Source: Catajapyx aquilonaris (lineage: Eukaryota). From it: DNA of 57,961 nt. Of the stretch, positions 50,386 through 57,961 are shown in pieces; positions within the stretch are counted from its first letter, which is position 1; each line of letters begins with the position of its first letter. The translations under genes and the position numbers were made by a program. The notes beneath the pieces were generated by a model. The model made no database searches. It saw only the letters and a program-made list of their open reading frames with translations, and had not been told where the DNA came from. The stretch spans positions 62,001-119,961 of the forward strand of contig KZ538637.1 in assembly GCA_000934665.2 (NCBI GenBank), in the 5' to 3' direction.

Positions 50386-53300
50386 ACCTATTAAAATATA
50401 TCCACAATGGATAAAGATAATTAGCTTCTAGACAGTTCAGGCTTATCATATGGTGTATTTCAGCATGTGTCTTGTGACGTCATTAGTTATCAAAATTTAT
50501 TTTGCGCGATTATATACTGGCCAATGTTCAGGATTGATTTTCTACCGTATCAAAGGTGAGTATCAATCCCAGCTATTATTTTCTAGTAACGCAGTTCTCA
50601 CCAATGAACAGAACAGCAGGCTCTTATCAAAATATTCGGAGAAAAATAGTACGTTATATTGCATATTTAAGTCACATTTTTCAGGTGTCACAAATTTAAA
50701 AAATTTTTAAAATTTCGAAAATAGTAGATCTAATTAATGCAGATTTTATTCTTACCTGAAATAAAAATGCTCTGCATACTTTAATTGAATATGCAAGTAA
50801 CTTAAAATTTCCATCGTTTGTGGCATGTCAGCTACGGTATAATTCAGCAACAGACATTATATACACCTGCCCTGCCATTTGCAGTCTACCCTTTTCAAAA
50901 TGTATTCAAAGCGGTACCTTCGTATAAATGTTACGAATATAGGCAGCAATTTCTAAGAACCAGCAACATGTAACTTATCTTTTGTTTGTGCATTGGCTGT
51001 CGAGTCTATACCAGCTATATCATTGATGATAAGGTCTGGTTATGTAACTCGGGTGTATTTTTGCCCCGCTTTCAGCGTTTGAATAGCACATCTCCACATT
51101 CACGGATCGGCGATGTTTTCCTATTGGGGTCGTATGATGTAAGGCTCTTCTGTATATGTATCATATTATACTGCATCGAAGCATGCAACTGCTGAAACCT
51201 TCACTCGGGACCATCAAGTACGTGAGCTGATTTATAAGAACTAGTGACGTGCAATGCAAGACATATAGTGCGAGTTACCCAACTTCTGGCATATATAATT
51301 CAGTACTTAATATTCCACACTTTTTTTGAACGTTCAACTCAGCAAAAGGTGAAATAATAAAATATTATATTCCACCCCAAAAATATTGAAAATAGTTCAT
51401 AGACAGAATATAAAAATATATCAAACCGACAGATTTTTTTTTCGCATCTTGAAGCCCCCTATACTTCTTTGTGACTTGCAACATTGTGCCAGATAACATG
51501 ATAGTGTGTTTAGTGGTCTACTAAAGTTTGGGGAGAGGGTCAGGTGGAAAAATGTGAGCTGTGCTGGAGGGAGCGAGGTCGGGAGGAAGTGAAGCCCTGT
51601 AGGCCGATGAAGGTAATCCTTCCTCATCTTGGAGTTAGTCTTGCAGCATCCCGCAGCATCCACCTGCCTGATCGACGCGGTGATTTGGGGGATTTGCCTC
51701 CCTACGTGCCAGACTTTAGAATTGAAAAAGGGCCCACCCCTTCAACTTGACATCAAACCTTCTTAGCCCTTCAACCTGAAGCTTTACTACTAATCGCCAG
51801 CTCGCCCAATATTTAGGTCACGCACCTTACAAAAATAGGGCTAGGTTTTTAGTTTGGAGTGATTTTTTTTTTTTTGAAAGGAAATTGGGGAGGGGTAGGT
51901 TTGATGTATGTTATCCAGTAAATCCTAACTAGTCTGAGGCTTGTTATTGTTTCTGGTAACCAAGCAACGGGGTAGAAGCATCATGAGAGAAGGATGTTGG
52001 GAGAGGGTGGTGATTCCTCGTTGCTTGCCTGCCGCCTGCCTTTCCCCCAGGTCCAAAACCCTCGTTGCCAAATCCGTCTGGTCTCTCAGCTTAAGCAGTG
52101 TAGTGGGAGCTAAGTCCTGGAGTTTAAGCCCAGGCGCAAAACACGTTGGGTCTCTGCCGTTTGCTTATGCCGCTGGCGAAAGAAGACGCATGTTCGGTAG
52201 GCCCAACAGATAGGGGATCATTTTCTTTTTTTTTATTCTATTCTTATCCTGCTTAAGGGTTCCAGCTGCCTCTGGTGTGCTTCACTTGAAGTTTGGCGGA
52301 TCTAACACCTTGGACTGGCAGATGATGCCCTTCTTAGAGCACCTTGTGTGCTTTGGAATAATCTTGCTTGCGTACAGGTTGGGGCAGGATCATGTCTGCA
52401 CCTGGAGACAAGAATGTCGTGCGGAATTTACAAGTGGAAAGATTTGGAGGAGAGTGCGCTATATGGTAGACAACTTTATTAAAGCTGGAAAGCGCTGGAA
52501 AGCGTGGAGGTCAACTAAGTTATGGAAGGGGGGGAAAAAAATGGAGTGAAAAGCCGGAAGGCTGATATTTTCCTAGCCCGTATGCAAGATCCGGGCGAAT
52601 TATTGCTTGGAATGAAAATATACCATTCGGAAGTTCGGTTTTCTTTCTGACTAGTCTGTTGGGCATGAAATTGGCCTCTTCCTCCCTACCGCGACTCTTA
52701 TATCCCTTGTTGACGTAGGATATAAATTAGAAATATTTCCATGCTTTTCCGAACGCCAGCATTTTTTACAATTACAACGTGCGCCGAGGAAGAAAACATT
52801 CGAGATAACGGATGTTGCTCAAGCCGTTTATATCTCTTTTTGTCCCGGGCCAAAATATTCTTTAAAAACAGAGATTGATTGCCGGAGAGATTTTTTCAAA
52901 GTGCAGGAGCAAGAAGCTTATAACAGGAAGCTTCCTCGCTCCAGTGCTAAAGTGTACCGCCACATGTCTTTTTCAGTTTTGCTCGTTTGTCTTCCATCCG
53001 AGTCTGAAAGCGCCGGGGATCGGTTTTATTCGCTCGCCTCCTTGCATAGACAAAGACTAATAGTTTGGAAATGGGATTGGTTGTTGGGTTTTAAGATTGT
53101 GCCAGAGAAGGACGGGGGGGGGGGGGGGGGNNGGGGGGAGGTTTATGCATGTGTAGATTGCGGGGACAAATCCGTGATTATTTGCGGCCGTGTCTTCCAA
53201 GAGGAAAGAATTGTCGATGGGAATTTTCAAAACTAAGATCGATATACGTGAACTCTACGTTCTTTTTCTTCTTGCGAAAATTTGCAAGGTTCGCAAAACT

Positions 53301-54532
53301 AAATCAATAACAGGTGTGGATTCGTTGCAATTAAATTCTCATAAGATTTATAACTATAAGCTAATGGCAGCAGTAGAGACCATAATTGTAAACAGGAGGA
53401 CTCGACATTTTTCTTTTTGTATGGCATGCAAATAAGGAGCATATAGGGAAAGGTGGGTAATAAAGTAAATATGGTAGTGGAATTGGGTGGCTGTAGAGGT
53501 GACGGTCATTGGGTGTTAGTGCTTCTGGTATAATATGCCGGCTGGCGAAAATGTAATTCGGGCGTTTGCCGACTGGCTGGGATGGAGTTTCCAATAAATA
53601 GCCCGGTGGAAATTTGCGTCCTTGTTGGAGGCAGCAGCATCCCCCATGGTCTCCTCTGTTTCCTTTTTCTTCGTCTGAAGACTGGCTGTAGGAACTTTTG
53701 CTCTTCGGAATTCCGGACCACATGTTGCTTTTTGTGCATTGAATTCACAGTTTCAATTTCGGCGCCGATCTCTCCCCGAGGAGGAAAACTTGTTATAAGC
53801 CTATTTCTGGGAAAGGACATTTTCAACAAATTCCGTCTTCCTCCATTTTCCTGAGGAAAATGCAAACCGAAATATTTTTGCCTTCTTTACTGGAAGGAAG
53901 GGGTGGTAGGGAGGGTGGAGTGGTGTGAAGTCGGTAGAGACGTGGAATAATTCCCAAGATCTCTCAGGTTCCCTTTTTCAACACATTTCCGTTTTTTTAT
54001 TCTTTTTTTTTACCTCCTTCCTCTCTGTCTTCTCCTTTTCCAATCCACCAAACCCTTATTCCTGGCCTATACAATCCGGCGGGTTAACTTGCAGAATTGT
54101 TAGAAGGATCGGAAATATGTCTTGCTGAGTCATGAGGTTGCATTGGAAAGGGTGTAGGGGACCATCCCCCCCACCCCCCTGAAAAAAAGTTCAATGTTGA
54201 GTGGGGCACGCACCAGGGCATGCGATTTTGCATAGGAATGTACCAGGTCGTCCGAAGGGAGGGTGGGGTTGAAGGTAAAACGGGGCCAAGTTGATTTGGC
54301 CATTCAAGGAGTGCTGAATGCTAAAACTGTTCCACCCCACACCCCACCCACATCCAGTCACGGGGACTCCAAATGTGAAGAATTTAGACCTGGCGCTGCT
54401 TTGACATGCCCCCGCTTTCTATCCATTCTTCCCCAGGCTTATTTTCTGATATGCGAATTAGGTTCATGCTCCGTGTGACAGATATGTTGGAAGAAGGAGG
54501 AAGAAAAGCGGTTCCTTACTTTCTTCTTAGAT

Positions 54533-54559
54533 CCCCCCCACCCCCACCCCCACACCCCC
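54533..54559 (-). other. G-quadruplex motif on the minus strand (C-run cluster on plus)
   Basis: Plus strand CCCCCCC-A-CCCCC-A-CCCCC-ACA-CCCCC. Confidence 0.6.
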
Positions 54560-56133
54560 TCATGGCCGGTTTCCTCCCCCTATATTCTCAACCCTGCTTG
54601 TGTGGCGGGAAAAAAATGCTTCTGTTCAGAATTTTTGTGCCTGACGATTTTTTTGGAGGTATATATATATATATGCGGGATTGCTGCATGGATTCCCACT
54701 TCAAAAGTGGTTATGAGCTCGAATCAATCGAATTGGAGTCAAGAAACGTGAGGGGTGAATCACATTAGATGTTTATTCACGGTAGGGGGTTATTTAAAAA
54801 ATGTGGCACGTTTTACTGAATAATGGTCAAGGTGATAAGGTAGGAGTAGGGTGATGAAGACTAGGCAAAAACCGCAGAATTCTTTAGGTGGAATGTCTTA
54901 ACTAGAAGCAAGTGGTTCAACCTGGCGATTAATTTCACGGTGTGAAAGAACTTAGTTATGCTGCCACAAGTTTCAAACCTCGACTTCTCCCGAGTTTGTG
55001 AAAACTCAATTAACTGACTTTCAGCTCGGAGTAATTACCGCTGCATTTTCAACATGTTTTTCTGACACTAACCCTGAGATCATGTTACTTCCCATTGAAT
55101 ATATTTAATCTATTTTTACGGCTGAGGTTATGATGCATTGAGACATTATTTTTGACTAATGGTTTTAACTACTAATGATTTCAGCACACTTTTTTAGAAC
55201 ATTCTTGTAGTTTACATAAGCTTATGAATTATTGTAACTCACACCCAACTATAAATTGGGCGGTCGATATAATCGATTTTTCTCTCGTTATGAGCAGCTT
55301 CTTAATTTAAACCCAATACCAACATTGAATGCGAATTTTGTAATTCCTTCTCTTGGGGACAAAAAATATTATGAAGCTCTATAAAAGTTACAGCGACAAT
55401 ATATCATTATTCAAAAACTTAAAATGAAGCTTTAACCCACTAGGAATTATTCTGATTTTATGATCGCATGAAGACAGAAATTTAAAGGCTAATTAATAGT
55501 CCTATTACAGCTGATATGTGGATGATCTCTAAATACCTATAGTATACTGTTTTACAACAATTTATTGCTAAAGTAGAGAGTCATATTTTGCACATTTATA
55601 CTTAAACTATATCATAATTTGCCTGACTGTTCGAAGATATCATGAGTTAGTAACATATGCACACACAACTGTATATGCTTGTTTACTGCAATTGAAGACA
55701 TGAAGACATCAAGCGTAAGACAACTGTTGTTGTAGTGCCATTTTTATTATGTTTTCTACTAAAAAGCCATAACATTATGCACATGATAATTAACTCAGTA
55801 ACGAGGTTTTTGGGATCAATGACACCCTACATACAAAAAGTGATTCCCTAATTCCCTAGAATTCACCCCAGGAATTTGTCGGGATAATTTTGAGACACCC
55901 TTTGAACCCCCCTATATAGATATGTTTCCAGTCACATTACTCATCATCACTAATTACGTTAACCAATTTCCACATAATTATACTGCACGCATTCTTAAAT
56001 ACGGTAAACACTTGATAAGAAGAAAATCAGTGCAGCACAGTACATCAATATAATAGCACTCCGGACAATGCCACATGTACTGTACAGTGTATTCCAATTG
56101 AAGTGCCATGTTCAGTTAATAATGTCTCCGCAC

Positions 56134-56178
<45 letters not shown>
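56134..56178 (+). repeat. (TAA)15 microsatellite within an 18-bp direct repeat pair
   Basis: Direct reading. TAATAATGTCTCC(G/T)CACT occurs at 56117-56134 and 56173-56190. Confidence 0.95.
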
Positions 56179-56180
<2 letters not shown>

Positions 56181-57618
56181 TCTCCTCACTCAAGTTGATA
56201 ATATTTCCGAACTAAGCGTGAGTAGTAATTATTTTTCAACACTTTTAAGGGAGATGCAAATATTAAGTTGAATGGAAGCATCCCCTCAGGCCCTGTGGTG
56301 CAATGAAAATTCACTTGGAAGCTGGCTAAATGGCTGAACCCATTTTTTTGCACTTGAACCCCACGCAATTGTTAAGGTAATATGAAACTCGAAAGTAATG
56401 CATGAAAATTGATTTGCCAGAATAAATTGTTCATTCTTATTTATGAGTGGGCAGCATAAAATCAGCTATTATATAAGCCTCGTTACATACAGTATATGAT
56501 CATTTGTGAGGGTAGAAAAAAATATTACTCGCCACAAAATCCTTAAGCACAACTTTTAACATGCTTTTAAATATAAATGTACCACTAATCAAGGAAGTTA
56601 TAAAATCTTTGAATATAATACCGGTACATGAAATATTCTCGTATAGTTACACTGTACTGACACACATTATCCATTGTTTGACCCTATTTCCTGCATAAAG
56701 CTACATCATGTTCTGCCTTCTGGCTAAGAAATTCAACACCATTTTGGGCATAATAATCCAAGTACAAACTGAGCCAAATTCAACAATAATAAATTTCCCC
56801 CCAAAAACGACCCATGTTTCTAGTGTACACTTAAAGCATCATTTTGAACATTTTTTTATAGGAAATGACAGGTCCTTCCCCAATCTTTCTTAAGCTCCTC
56901 CACTATTCATATCAGACCACCCAATCTATAAAGTCGCAGGACGAGCCCAGAATTTTTGTTTGCAACTGGAGATGCGTGCCAATTGTAAGCAATACCCCTG
57001 CTGGTGAAGAGTCTTGAAACCCGAGTCCCCCATAAGCAAAGACGGAGGCGGTAGACCCAATCTGAAAGGTGTGACATGCGATAGGGATTTGTCAGAAGCA
57101 AAAAAAAAAAAGTTGACTATAGGATTAGACGTCCGAAGAATAGCACACCAGAGGGGGGTCAGACAACAGCACATGTAATGGAGGCTACTTTTTGGTACCG
57201 GGTACAAATTTTTTTTTTCTCGTTCCCCACCCGGTCCAAAGTGGTACGAATTTATGGGGTGGTGATGACGACAGTATCCTACGACCCTTATAAATCATGC
57301 CAAGTAGTCCCCGAAAGCTCTCCCAACTTAATTCGCAGGACGGTCCCCACGAGCCGGCTTCCTCAAATAGTCCGCTTTGGTCCCCCACTAACCCTCCCTG
57401 TACTACCCAACCCCTCGTATATATTTTTTCCCCCCCCTCCCAACCGTGAACTTCGGCATTTCCCTTGATGTATGCGCACCACCCCTACTGGCCACATTTT
57501 TTATTTAAACACCAAGCTTATTCACCCTCAGCTTCCTTGTGTGTATATACACTCCTCCCTTCCTAAACGGATATCTCCGGAATGTTAAGCTAGGGTACAC
57601 TCAACTTTACATATCAAG

Positions 57619-57650
57619 TAGGTGTATACTACTATAGTAGCACACACCTA
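57619..57650. repeat. 32-bp near-perfect palindrome
   Basis: TAGGTGTATACTACTATAGTAGCACACACCTA has only two A.C mismatches, each explicable by a single transition from a perfect palindrome. Confidence 0.8.
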
Positions 57651-57961
57651 TGTATGTTCAATCTAATGTTTTTTTTGTTTTTTTTTGCACACATATTGTT
57701 TTTTAAAAAAATTTGATGGTGGGTATAATATAGTGGGTGTGAGTGTACAGGGTCCTAGGCCATGGCGGCTTGTGGCAGCCTGGGACTGGGCTGGGCTTAT
57801 TGGACGGCCAGCCCTCTGACCAATGGCCTTCTGGATCGATGTTGAGCTCCCGGAGAGAGAGAAGTGGAGGGGAGTGGGGGAAGAGAGAAAGAGAAGGGGA
57901 AAGAGAAGTGGGGGGTGAATAGAGGGGGCTGGCAAGTTTTGGAGAGAAAAGCTGGGAGAGG

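Larger units (their letters stand above)
1..57961. other. Non-coding metazoan genomic DNA (intergenic or large intron) with alternating AT-rich and GC-richer islands
   Basis: No ORF exceeds 171 aa in six frames. ORF translations are low-complexity or microsatellite-derived. Microsatellites, homopolymer runs, MITEs and a SINE-like remnant are typical of animal genomes. CpG is not obviously depleted. Confidence 0.8.

Noticed and set aside
50912..50934. Resemblance to miR-iab-4-3p (CGGTACCTTCGTATA...)
   Set aside because: Needs several indels against a near-invariant miRNA, and there is no complementary 5' arm.
10173..53132. Scattered N bases (10173, 18563, 19355, 23690, 37001, 53131-53132)
   Set aside because: All lie in or next to C/G homopolymers, so they reflect assembly ambiguity rather than biology. 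Homopolymer lengths here are unreliable.
55890..55901. Solo TIR-like word TTGAGACACCCT similar to the end of the 17368 MITE
   Set aside because: Lacks the terminal G-TA and has no opposite TIR nearby.
2261..57935. All ORFs in the supplied six-frame track, including the longest (4499..5014, 26877..27380) and the protein-looking 41266..41583 and 39704..40033
   Set aside because: They are short, many start at non-ATG codons, overlap in several frames and follow GC islands or microsatellites. I recognise no domain and no convincing splice-flanked coding exon. Small exons cannot be excluded without RNA data.
1..57961. CRISPR-like or other regularly spaced repeat-spacer array, or a prokaryotic operon or defence system
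   Set aside because: No repeated 20-50 bp unit with regular spacing was seen, there is no gene-dense structure, and the sequence has clear eukaryotic non-coding character.

Overview
This 58-kb window reads as non-coding eukaryotic (metazoan, probably invertebrate) genomic DNA: an intergenic desert or very long intron. None of the supplied ORFs (maximum 171 aa) resembles a protein family I recognise. I found no tRNA, rRNA, snRNA, known miRNA or CRISPR array. Well-supported content: two Tc1/mariner-type MITEs with TA target sites, a third fold-back MITE-like element, a probable decayed tRNA-derived SINE, several microsatellites, short palindromes and small degenerate duplications. The most unusual property is architectural. 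The window alternates between AT-rich troughs and roughly 1-3 kb GC-richer islands, and many islands are C-rich on the left and G-rich on the right, giving a repeated strand-skew inversion. There is also a marked excess of full CRE sites (8 TGACGTCA, six within 6.4-15.4 kb), many Hox/Cdx-type sites, candidate recursive-splice ratchet points and a possible heavily decayed homeobox relic. These point, by inference only, to the regulatory landscape of a developmental or neuronal gene. All counts were made by eye.
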